Shown: one piece after another, positions 44,572-52,761 of the stretch
Numbering within the stretch: the first letter of the stretch is position 1
How the letters are laid out: every line of letters begins with the position of its first letter
Source of the DNA: Gammaproteobacteria bacterium
GTDB taxonomy: Bacteria > Pseudomonadota > Gammaproteobacteria > Pseudomonadales > Azotimanducaceae
DNA length: 54,166 nucleotides
Direction: 5' to 3'
NCBI GenBank assembly: GCA_018645845.1
Contig: JABGVY010000132.1
Location: 1 to 54,166 of the forward strand
Notes under the pieces: generated by a model
The model's input: the letters and a program-made list of their open reading frames with translations, nothing else
Databases searched by the model: none
Told to the model about the DNA's origin: nothing
Made by a program: the position numbers and the translations under genes

Positions 44572-45711
44572 ATGGAAATTAGGCGTTTCAAAGGTAACGA
44601 CATGAGAGAGGGGATGCAACAAGTCCGAAGCTGTCTCGGGGACGAGGCTATTATTCTGTCTACGCGCTCGGTCGGTGACCAAGTCGAAATACTGGCCTCC
44701 ACCGAGAGTGCCGTGCTCGCTATCGCCAAGGAGGAGCACTTTCCTAAGCCCGTCGTCGAATCCGAAGAAACACAAAGCACAGAAAGTGACAGGTCGTCTC
44801 AATTTCTGGGAGAGGAGAAGCTGGCGCATCTGGAAACAGAGATAGTTGAACTTAAGAATATGCTTTGTCAGGAGTTAGGGCGACTTCAGAGGTTTCCGGA
44901 ACCGGTTTCAGGACATCCGGATTCGCTGGTAACACGTCTCGTGAATACCGGCATGTCCCACTCGTATGCGCAAGAGCTAACCGCGACCTGGCGGCCAAAA
45001 CCAACGACCATGGGCCAACTGGGTGCACGCTTGTCCGCATTGATTTCGTCATGCGATGAAGAGTGCGTCAGTGAATCGGGTATACATGCGTTTATCGGTG
45101 CCTCAGGCGCCGGTAAAACAACCACAGTCGCTAAGCTAGCGGCTCGATATGCATTGAAATATGACCGAAAGGATATCGTCTTGATCAGCACTGACCGGTT
45201 TAAGATTGGTGGTCAAGATAAGCTAGAGGGCTATGGGCAGCTATTGCAGATCGATGTGATGGCAGCTAACAGCGTCCAGGAACTGTCAAAGTTGCTACGC
45301 AAATACAATAACCGGCGAATGATATTAATCGACACGGGGGGCATGACGCGCCATAAACGCGACGAGCTGCTTTTCAAGTATCTCGGTGGAGCTACTGTAA
45401 ATGGCAGGAAAATACAAAATACCCTTGTGGCTTCCTCATCCAGTCAACAGAATCAGCAGGATCTCATTATCGAATCATTTGGTCGGGAAAACCTGTCATC
45501 TGTGGTGTTAACCAAGACAGACGAAGCGATAACTCTGGGGGCTGCGCTATCAACGCTTACCAGGCACCGGCTACCTTTGGCTTATCAGGGAAATGGCCAG
45601 GGGCTATCGGATTTGGTGCTTCCTGATGTAAGAGAGCTGGTCCAGTCTTTTTTGCAGGGTTTTCAATCTAAAGCCAAAATAGAAATGCAGCATGTAGAGA
45701 GCATATCGTAA
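44572..45711 (+). CDS. flhF: Flagellar placement SRP-type GTPase FlhF
   Basis: 379 aa. N-terminus MEIRRFKGNDMREGMQQVRSCLGDEAIILS; G1 GASGAGKTTTVAKLA; DTGG; TKTDE. Confidence 0.9.
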   Translation: MEIRRFKGNDMREGMQQVRSCLGDEAIILSTRSVGDQVEILASTESAVLAIAKEEHFPKPVVESEETQSTESDRSSQFLGEEKLAHLETEIVELKNMLCQELGRLQRFPEPVSGHPDSLVTRLVNTGMSHSYAQELTATWRPKPTTMGQLGARLSALISSCDEECVSESGIHAFIGASGAGKTTTVAKLAARYALKYDRKDIVLISTDRFKIGGQDKLEGYGQLLQIDVMAANSVQELSKLLRKYNNRRMILIDTGGMTRHKRDELLFKYLGGATVNGRKIQNTLVASSSSQQNQQDLIIESFGRENLSSVVLTKTDEAITLGAALSTLTRHRLPLAYQGNGQGLSDLVLPDVRELVQSFLQGFQSKAKIEMQHVESIS

Positions 45712-46544
45712 TGGATCCAGCTCACTTACCCTCACAAACATCTTTGCCGCGTGTTATCTGTGTCACGAGCGGCAAGGGCGGCGTTGGTAAAACCAATGTC
45801 GCGGTCAACCTTGGAGTTTCTTTGAGTAAGCAGGGTAAAAAGGTTTTGCTTCTGGATGCTGATCTGGGACTTGCGAATATCGATGTCTTGCTAGGTTTGA
45901 AGCCTCAATATACGTTGCACGATGTCTTGTCGGGTGAGCGGTCTATTCAAGATATCATCATAGACGGGCCTGATAACCTCCGCATCATTCCAGCTAGTTC
46001 TGGCATTGAGTTAATGAGCAACTTGTCTCATGCCCAGCAAGCCAGGCTCATTCAGGCGGTCTCTGATCTTGATATCCAAATTGATTATTTGATTGTTGAT
46101 ACCGCAGCAGGGATTGCCAAGGATGTGATGGCATTTGCTTCAGCTAGTCAGGATGTGTTGGTCGTGATGGCAGATGAACCCGCGTCGCTTGCCGATGCCT
46201 ACGCCTTGATCAAAGTGATGAGCAAAAGTCATGCGGTAAAGCGATTTAATATCCTATGCAATATGGTTTCCAATGAATTAGCAGGCAGAGCACTGTTCGA
46301 TCGGCTGGTGAGCACTACCGATAAGTTTCTCCAGGTTAGTTTGACACACCTGGGCTCGATACCTGCGGATGACTATTTACGCAAGGCTGTCAGGACCCGT
46401 AGCGCAGTGGTCAGCGCTTACCCAAACTGCTCGGCTAGCAAATGTTTCAGACGCCATGCTGAATCGATAGACAATTGGCAACATCAGGATCTGTCAGGCG
46501 GCATTCAGTTCTTTTTTGAACGCTTTTTGCAGGTAGAGAACTGA
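45711..46544 (+). CDS. flhG: MinD-type ATPase FlhG/FleN (flagellar number regulator)
   Basis: 277 aa with a deviant Walker A (SGKGGVGKTNVAVNL). It lies between flhF and fliA. Confidence 0.9.
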   Translation: MDPAHLPSQTSLPRVICVTSGKGGVGKTNVAVNLGVSLSKQGKKVLLLDADLGLANIDVLLGLKPQYTLHDVLSGERSIQDIIIDGPDNLRIIPASSGIELMSNLSHAQQARLIQAVSDLDIQIDYLIVDTAAGIAKDVMAFASASQDVLVVMADEPASLADAYALIKVMSKSHAVKRFNILCNMVSNELAGRALFDRLVSTTDKFLQVSLTHLGSIPADDYLRKAVRTRSAVVSAYPNCSASKCFRRHAESIDNWQHQDLSGGIQFFFERFLQVEN

Positions 46545-46546
46545 TC

Positions 46547-47269
46547 ATGGATCCGACCGCCGTTTATACCGAGGCAGTAAAGCAGCTCGATCATGAGAAG
46601 ATTGAGAAGAGCATACCTCTGGTTAAAAGAATCGCTTTACATATGAAGGCTCGGTTGCCCGATCATATTGAGCTTGATGATCTGGAACAATCCGGAATGG
46701 TTGGATTGATTGACGCGGCTCGAAACTACGTTTCCGGAAAGGGTGCCAGCTTTGAAACCTACGCTGGTACTCGCATAAAGGGTGCGATGATCGACGAACT
46801 CAGGCGCCTGTCATGGGCCCCTCGATCAGTGTATAGCAAAGTGAGAGAAATTAATGAGGCTATCCAGGCTGTCGAGAGCAGAGAAAATCGAGCCGGCACC
46901 GACAGGGAAATAGCCGAATTCCTGAATGTGCCAATCGAGGAGTATCAAGCGGCTCTCGCAGCAACAGCGGGTTGTCAATTGCTTTTCATGGAAGATAGAC
47001 CGGAAGAAGTCGAGGAACAAACGGCGTCGGAGCATCTCAATCCTGTCGATATTCTTCAGGACGACAGTTTCAAGGACTTATTGGCGCTTGAGATTGACTC
47101 GTTACCGGAAAAAGAAAACCTGGTGATGGCACTTTACTATCAGGAAGAAATGAACCTGAAAGAGATAGGTAAAATCCTGGAAGTCAGCGAATCCAGGATT
47201 AGTCAAATTCATAGCCAGGCACTGGCACGATTGCGATCGAAAATGAGCGACTGGGTGAAAGAGAGCTAA
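46547..47269 (+). CDS. fliA: Flagellar sigma factor FliA (sigma28)
   Basis: 240 aa. Sigma70-family regions 2-4 are present (DDLEQSGMVGLIDAARNY..., LNLKEIGKILEVSESRISQIHSQALARLR). Confidence 0.9.
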   Translation: MDPTAVYTEAVKQLDHEKIEKSIPLVKRIALHMKARLPDHIELDDLEQSGMVGLIDAARNYVSGKGASFETYAGTRIKGAMIDELRRLSWAPRSVYSKVREINEAIQAVESRENRAGTDREIAEFLNVPIEEYQAALAATAGCQLLFMEDRPEEVEEQTASEHLNPVDILQDDSFKDLLALEIDSLPEKENLVMALYYQEEMNLKEIGKILEVSESRISQIHSQALARLRSKMSDWVKES

Positions 47270-47270
47270 C

Positions 47271-48017
47271 ATGGATTTTTTAACGATTATAGGCATCGCA
47301 GTGGCTATGACGGGCATTTTTTATGGCCATCAATTGGAAGGTGGTGACGCTATAGGTGTTCTTTCTCATCCGATGTCATACGTGATCATTCTTGGCGGTA
47401 CGATTGGCGCTACCTTGACGCAAACACCACTGCCTCACCTTATCCGAACGATCAAGTTAACACCCTGGCTGATTAAGCCCCCGGCTAATGATTACCCGGC
47501 GATGATAGGCGAGATTGTTGAATGGTCGCAAACCGCCAGAAAGGAAGGTTTGCTCGCGCTGGAAGACAAACTTGAGACGGTTACAGACCCCTTTACCAGG
47601 AAAGGCCTGCAGATGCTCGCCTCTGCTCGTGAACCGCAGGCGATAAGGGCTACTCTAGAAGCGGAACTCGATGCAATCGAAGAACTGAATATGTCGGCGA
47701 GTAAGTTTTATGAAGCGGCTGGCGCCTTTGCACCGACGATCGGCATTATTGGCGCTGTAATGGGACTCATCATGATTATGTCTGACCTCACAGATCCCAG
47801 TAAGCTGGGCGTTGGTATCGCCGCGGCATTTGTTGCGACAATCTACGGGTTGATGTTTGCCAATGTGTTTTTTTTGCCGATGGGGGTCAAGCTGAAAGTT
47901 TATATCCTGGCACAGTCTAAATACCGTGAGCTCATCATTGAAGGGCTACTACTCATTGCCGGGGGAGAAAACCCGAGATTTATCGAAGAGCAATTAAGTA
48001 GTTATGTTGCTGAATAA
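47271..48017 (+). CDS. motA: Flagellar stator channel protein, MotA/PomA family (stator set 1)
   Basis: 248 aa, starting 1 nt after the fliA stop codon. It has 4 TM segments and the conserved FAPTIGIIGAVMGLI...AAFVATIYGLMFANVFFLP. Confidence 0.85.
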   Translation: MDFLTIIGIAVAMTGIFYGHQLEGGDAIGVLSHPMSYVIILGGTIGATLTQTPLPHLIRTIKLTPWLIKPPANDYPAMIGEIVEWSQTARKEGLLALEDKLETVTDPFTRKGLQMLASAREPQAIRATLEAELDAIEELNMSASKFYEAAGAFAPTIGIIGAVMGLIMIMSDLTDPSKLGVGIAAAFVATIYGLMFANVFFLPMGVKLKVYILAQSKYRELIIEGLLLIAGGENPRFIEEQLSSYVAE

Positions 48018-48082
48018 TTATGATCTCTTGTGGTGAGAAAGTTGGGCGAAAGCGCTGATGACTATTGCAATGGAAAGTAGAG

Positions 48083-49102
48083 ATGGCCAGGAAAAAACGA
48101 CCTGAAGAACATGTTAATCACGAAAGGTGGCTGATCTCCTACGCAGACTTCATCACGTTGCTGTTCGCTTTTTTTACTGTGATGTACGCAATTTCTGTGG
48201 TCAACGAGGGTAAGTTCAAAGTGTTGTCCGATTCGCTGCAAGCTGCATTTAACGACCCTACACGATCCCTGGCTCCGATACAGATCGGCGAATTAGTGCG
48301 GGCTCCAATAGATATGAAGGACAGTATTCGTGCGGAAAGCAAGCCGGTTGTCGCTGATATATCAGCGGATAGATATCTTGTTTATCATCTTCCTGAACCT
48401 GAGGACATTGACGAAATCACGGAGGAGCTCCGGGTATTGGCGGCAGAAATTGAAGAGGTGCTGGCTGAATATATAGAGCGCGGAGAAGTAAATGTCCTTT
48501 TGGAAAATCTCTGGATAGAGATCGAAATGACAGAACAAATGCTTTTCGATAGTGGCAGCGACAAGCTTTATGAATCCGCATTTCCCGTTTTGGATGGTTT
48601 GTCCGAGACGCTCCGGGAAAAAACGAACAAGATCCACGTTGAAGGGTTTACCGACAACATGCCCATCAATACCACGCGCTTTCCTTCTAACTGGGAATTG
48701 TCCGGTGCCAGAGCAACGACTGTTGTCAGGCGCCTGGAATCTAAAGATGTCAATCCCACGCGGCTCGCAGCGATTGGTTATGGCGAACATCAGCCAATTG
48801 CAGACAATACAACGATTGAGGGACGTGCAAAGAATAGACGCGTAGTCGTGGTGGTATTGGCGGAGTTTGATCGGGATCAGGAAACGCTCAATAAATTCGA
48901 AAAAGTAAAAGGCAACGTCTCAAGTACCGATATTGCAAATTACTTGTCAAACCCGAAGGACGAATCTGGAGAGGCAGTGGCAAGTGAAACCTTGCCAAAA
49001 AATCAGCCTGTCGAAATAGATCCTTCTACCAGTGAAGCCTTGCCAGCGAGCTCAGCATCTCAGAGCAACGCACCCTACCCTGCATCAGGATACTCTCAAT
49101 GA
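48083..49102 (+). CDS. motB: Flagellar stator protein, MotB/PomB family (stator set 1), with a long low-complexity C-terminal tail
   Basis: The ATG at 48083 gives MARKKRPEEHVNHERWLISYADFITLLFAFF, which contains the conserved channel Asp. An OmpA-like domain is present (VEGFTDNMPINTTRFPSNWELSGARATTVVR...AKNRRVVVVV), followed by about 80 aa of Ser/Pro/Ala/Glu-rich tail. Confidence 0.85.
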   Translation: MARKKRPEEHVNHERWLISYADFITLLFAFFTVMYAISVVNEGKFKVLSDSLQAAFNDPTRSLAPIQIGELVRAPIDMKDSIRAESKPVVADISADRYLVYHLPEPEDIDEITEELRVLAAEIEEVLAEYIERGEVNVLLENLWIEIEMTEQMLFDSGSDKLYESAFPVLDGLSETLREKTNKIHVEGFTDNMPINTTRFPSNWELSGARATTVVRRLESKDVNPTRLAAIGYGEHQPIADNTTIEGRAKNRRVVVVVLAEFDRDQETLNKFEKVKGNVSSTDIANYLSNPKDESGEAVASETLPKNQPVEIDPSTSEALPASSASQSNAPYPASGYSQ

Positions 49103-49785
49103 TCAGGAAGCTTTCTGGTATCTTGTTTTCTTATTTAGCGATGACGCTAGCGTTGGCGGAAAACCCGCCAGAACCAGAGTCCTCCTCGGACACCGTCGTA
49201 CCCATCGAGACTGTCGAAATCCGAGATGCTTCGGGGGAGCTTTTGCTGCCTGGGGGTGGCGTCTATCGCGGTGAGATCTTCGAACACATGCCTCAGGGTA
49301 AAGGAACCATTAGCTATTCCAATGGCGAACAATACGAGGGCCATTTTCTGGACGGCAAAAAAACAGGGGAAGGGACGCTGAGGCTCGTGACTGGGGATCA
49401 ACTGTCTGCTTTTTGGGTTGATGATCGTCGTATGGGGGATGTTAGCTATCGTTTCGCAGATGGCCGAGTTTATCAGGGCGAATTGAAAGCAAAAAAAGCA
49501 CATGGTTACGGCGTGATGAATTATCCATCAGGAGAAACCTATACGGGTTACTGGGCAGAGGGAGTGCGCCAGGGTATGGGATTGCTGGAGGAAAACGGTC
49601 GAAGCTTTATCGGCGCCTTTGCCAATAATCAGCGATATGGTAAGGGGTATGAGGCAGTGGCCAATGGTTCTGGAAAAGCAGTGTGGTGCGAGAATGGAGA
49701 GTGTTCGTCTTCTCTATATATCAGATTTGCCTATTTTTTATCTCGACTCAGGCTGGATAAAGATGAGGTGCCATTTAAACCCTAA
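49099..49785 (+). CDS. Secreted MORN-repeat protein, translationally coupled to motB
   Basis: 228 aa. The ATG overlaps the motB TGA (ATGA at 49099-49102). The signal peptide is MIRKLSGILFSYLAMTLALA. About 6 MORN units (Y-G-x-x-x-x-G-x-x-x-G-x-G) are present, e.g. YRGEIFEHMPQGKGTISYSNGEQ, YEGHFLDGKKTGEGT, YQGELKAKKAHGYGVMNYPSGET, YTGYWAEGVRQGMG. Confidence 0.8.
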   Translation: MIRKLSGILFSYLAMTLALAENPPEPESSSDTVVPIETVEIRDASGELLLPGGGVYRGEIFEHMPQGKGTISYSNGEQYEGHFLDGKKTGEGTLRLVTGDQLSAFWVDDRRMGDVSYRFADGRVYQGELKAKKAHGYGVMNYPSGETYTGYWAEGVRQGMGLLEENGRSFIGAFANNQRYGKGYEAVANGSGKAVWCENGECSSSLYIRFAYFLSRLRLDKDEVPFKP

Positions 49786-50492
49786 ATCAGTGAAAACTCT
49801 AGAATGATGTGCACTCTTCTGTTCTTGGCTCGACCCATGGCTGTGGCATTAGACGCTATCGGTACAGTGTCTGCGTGACCTACGACCTGTAGTCGAGAAG
49901 AAGAGATGCCTTCCTGGACCATTAAACGAGCGACGCTCGCGCTCCGCGCTGAGGATAGCTCCCAGTTAGACGGGAATATGTGATTTGAGATGGGTTGGTC
50001 ATCTGTATGACCTTCAATAGAGATAACGTAATCACCCACAAGTATCGGCGCGATTGCGCGTAACACTTCCGCGCCGTTGCCATTTAGCGCTGCCTGACCA
50101 TTAGCAAAAAGAGTGCTCCCCTCGATAATGAGTTCAATTTTTTTCGCCTGGAGGTCAAGGGTGATGTCGCTTTCGAGTCCCGCAACCTCAAGTTGCTGTG
50201 TCAGCGTTGCCATTTGTGATTGTGCCAACTGGTCTGAGGCAGTTGAGGGGTCTGTTTTCTTGCTGGGGCCGGACATTGACTCCGCGATTATTGTTTTAGC
50301 TTCGCTAAATTTTTCCGGTGTAAAAGTAGCGAAACTGGTCAAAATCACAAAAAATGCCAGGAGCAACGTGATGGTGTCGGCATAAGTTGTCATCCAGTCA
50401 TCCTCATCTCGCTCGATGGGCCTGCTATGCGAACGTATTCTGGTTGGTTTTTTCATGTTTTGGCGAGCCTTTGTATGTTGGTTCTCTGACAT
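49782..50492 (-). CDS. motB: MotB/PomB-family stator protein (stator set 2)
   Basis: The ATG at 50492 lies 2 nt after the stop of the upstream motA-like gene. WMTTYADTITLLLAFFVIL provides the TM segment and conserved Asp. The OmpA-like domain reads IEGHTDDQPISNHIFPSNWELSSARSASVARL...AKNRRVHII. Confidence 0.8.
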   Translation of the reverse strand: MSENQHTKARQNMKKPTRIRSHSRPIERDEDDWMTTYADTITLLLAFFVILTSFATFTPEKFSEAKTIIAESMSGPSKKTDPSTASDQLAQSQMATLTQQLEVAGLESDITLDLQAKKIELIIEGSTLFANGQAALNGNGAEVLRAIAPILVGDYVISIEGHTDDQPISNHIFPSNWELSSARSASVARLMVQEGISSSRLQVVGHADTVPIASNATAMGRAKNRRVHIILEFSLI

Positions 50493-50494
50493 TT

Positions 50495-51412
50495 TTATCG
50501 ATGGCTGACTAGCTGGTCTGATGTGCACAAAGACCTGAGCATTTCTTTTATGTAGGTCGGGTTGCGATTCTCACTGATCAATTCAATTGCTTTCAATTCT
50601 AATCCAAATAATTCGGTCGCTGATTCAACTCGATTTTCAAGGATGAGTGCATAAGGCTTGAAAATCAGATTAGCCAGTACGACACCGTAAAAAGTTGTGA
50701 TTAGAGCAACAGCCATGTTGAAGCCCAGTTGAGAGAAATCGCTTCCGTCCATGCTGGCCAGCATGTTAACCAGCCCAAGTAGTGTGCCCACCATGCCGAA
50801 GGCGGGCGCTGCACTCGCCATTTGTCGCAGTATGGCTGCTTCCTGATGTTTGTGGTCTTGCGATTGTTGAATCCTCCACTCCAGAGTAGTGATCAAGCCT
50901 TCGGAGTCTGTTCCATCGACGAGCAGTTGCATCCCTTCTTTCAAAAAAGGGCTGTTAACTTTTAGTAAGTGTTGTTCTAGCTGTCTTAGATCGCCTAAAC
51001 GATATAGTTTGCTCAAGTTAGCTATCTCTTTTAGGTCTAGCCCGTTCTCTTCTCGGCCAAAAAAAGCATCGGTGAGAGACTTCTTAAGACGCATTAAGCG
51101 TTGGAAGGGATTGCTCACCAACACTGCTGACAGCGTCCCGCCGATGACGACCAGTAAACCGGGAAAGTTTAAGTAAATCATGGCGTCCTTAGCCGTCATG
51201 GTGACGGCTAGACCGACGATGGCGCATCCGCTGATAAACCCTAGGAGTGGCAACGCTTTGCGGGAGCCTGACTGGTTCTCCGAGGTAAACACAGCCTTGC
51301 TATTTTCGGTCGAGCGATTGTCGCGAGGCCGCTTGGTGAATTGTTCTGCGGGAATATCCGGGACACTGGCTAAACGGTTCATGTTATTTTGCATAGAGGT
51401 CATCCAGGTCAT
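50495..51412 (-). CDS. motA: MotA/PomA-family stator channel protein (stator set 2) with a ~50-aa N-terminal extension
   Basis: 305 aa. The conserved C-terminal half is present (AAPAFGMVGTLLGLVNML...AVALITTFYGVVLANLIFKP). It is too short to be a ZorA-type protein. The true start may be an internal Met. Confidence 0.8.
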   Translation of the reverse strand: MTWMTSMQNNMNRLASVPDIPAEQFTKRPRDNRSTENSKAVFTSENQSGSRKALPLLGFISGCAIVGLAVTMTAKDAMIYLNFPGLLVVIGGTLSAVLVSNPFQRLMRLKKSLTDAFFGREENGLDLKEIANLSKLYRLGDLRQLEQHLLKVNSPFLKEGMQLLVDGTDSEGLITTLEWRIQQSQDHKHQEAAILRQMASAAPAFGMVGTLLGLVNMLASMDGSDFSQLGFNMAVALITTFYGVVLANLIFKPYALILENRVESATELFGLELKAIELISENRNPTYIKEMLRSLCTSDQLVSHR

Positions 51413-51864
51413 GTGGGTTTTGATAAGGCATACACGAACAATAAAAGTCCAAGGTAAGCGCTGATAGGATGCTAAGTAACGGTATGTAACTATTAGTAAT
51501 CGTTTGTTATGAATGATGCCTGAATCGTTCTAGCAAACGACCTTCGCCTGTATAGGTTTAGCGCGGGCGAAGTGCAGCTGAACGAGCGAGTTTGCTGGCT
51601 GGTGCGTAATTTGGCCGCAGTCCCTACAGGCGCCTGCTGCGGGTAAATCAGCTGGGGGTTCTGTGGCGCGGGGAAATTTTTGTGGGTTGTCTGGATCGGG
51701 TTGCGAAAATTAAAGCGACTTACTTATAGTGATACGCGGTCTCTTTCGGGAAAGGCCCGCCATGGGTTTGTTACACATTCCATCTAGCGGCCATGCCAGA
51801 CTCCCGGTTCGTCGATCTGACAAGTCTGGTTCTGTTAGCTAGTGAAGCTGGTAGCTGCAGGTAG

Positions 51865-52125
51865 CTAGGGAACCAGTGACACTAACAGGGCAATGAGTAA
51901 AAACGCATTCAGCCAAATAGAAATCGCGATCCAATTGGTTTTTTTTGACTTTTTTTGTGCCAAAAATTTGTCGTTTTTTGCCCGCAGAGCAGCCTGTCTA
52001 ATGTGACGTTGTTTGTTCAACTCTGCAAGCGTTTCCTTGGTTACCCATTCTTTTTTGCCCGAAGACCTGCGAATTTCGACAAGTTTTCGAGTCGAATCGT
52101 CTAAAAGTAAAGTTTGAGAACTCAT
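51865..52125 (-). CDS. Small Lys-rich tail-anchored membrane protein (86 aa), sigma54-dependent
   Basis: A sigma54 promoter ends about 39 nt upstream, and the SD AGGAAA lies about 8 nt from the ATG. A basic helical region (KQRHIRQAALRAKNDKFLAQKKSKK) is followed by a C-terminal TM segment (WIAISIWLNAFLLIALLVSLV). I recognise no family. Confidence 0.55.
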   Translation of the reverse strand: MSSQTLLLDDSTRKLVEIRRSSGKKEWVTKETLAELNKQRHIRQAALRAKNDKFLAQKKSKKTNWIAISIWLNAFLLIALLVSLVP

Positions 52126-52151
52126 TTTTCTTGTTTCCTGGTTAAATGGTC

Positions 52152-52167
52152 TGGCACAGGTAATGCA
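52152..52167 (+). promoter_or_regulatory. Sigma54-like element on the plus strand, face-to-face with the minus-strand promoter
   Basis: TGGCAC-AGGTA-ATGCA, with correct GG-N10-GC spacing. The next plus-strand gene is about 600 nt away (52762). Confidence 0.35.
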
Positions 52168-52179
52168 AAAAACGTGCCG
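52164..52179 (-). promoter_or_regulatory. Sigma54 promoter of the 86-aa gene
   Basis: The minus strand reads CGGCACG-TTTT-TTGCA, which matches the consensus except for the first base. Confidence 0.65.
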
Positions 52180-52761
52180 TTTTCTATGCCTACCAACTGC
52201 ACTAGTGCTTGCTAGACTTTTAGTTGTTCTGACTAGTTATCGTCCAGGCTCAGGTTTTCTTTAGCTTTTTTCGTATTTTATTTTGATCCTGGGGCTTCCT
52301 GCCCCATATTGCCCCTGGTGATTGATATAGGATTTGGAGTCACCTCGGGACAAGCGGAGCGTTATAACCCGATCTCACTTCGGGCAAACCGAATAACAGG
52401 CGGTCGATTAGCGATTGCAGAAGGCATCGTTGCACTAAGTCCGGCCTCATCGTTAGCGTCATGCCCGCGTATTTCAAACAGACCGCACCTTTCCTCGTGA
52501 CCGCAGAGGGAATATTCGGCATGGTTTGAACTCACAAAGTAGGGTTTCAGCGCATTTATCATGGTTTCAGAGCACCTGGTTAGCCCCGGTTGAAAGCTGA
52601 GCAGGGGGCACAAGCTATTTCGGAACAAATCGTCTCGTAATTTCTGGAATAAAAGCGAACAAAAAGCTAAAGAAAGGCGCAGGCGGGCCGTTAACCACTT
52701 CGGAACCTACAAAAACCGCTGCGAAAAGCCTTCGCGGCCGATAGGTGAAGAGAAGAGGGAA

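Noticed and set aside
52347-52390. Possible c-di-GMP-I (GEMM-I) riboswitch in the long leader, based on GGGCAAACC (52382-52390) and GGGACAAGCGG (52347-52357), which resemble the conserved GGGCAAACC and GGGACGCAAAGCC segments.
   Set aside because: The two segments are in the wrong order relative to the GEMM-I consensus. The GNRA tetraloop hairpin and the 3' GCCGGGUUACC-type segment are missing, and I could not draw P1. An Infernal scan would settle it.
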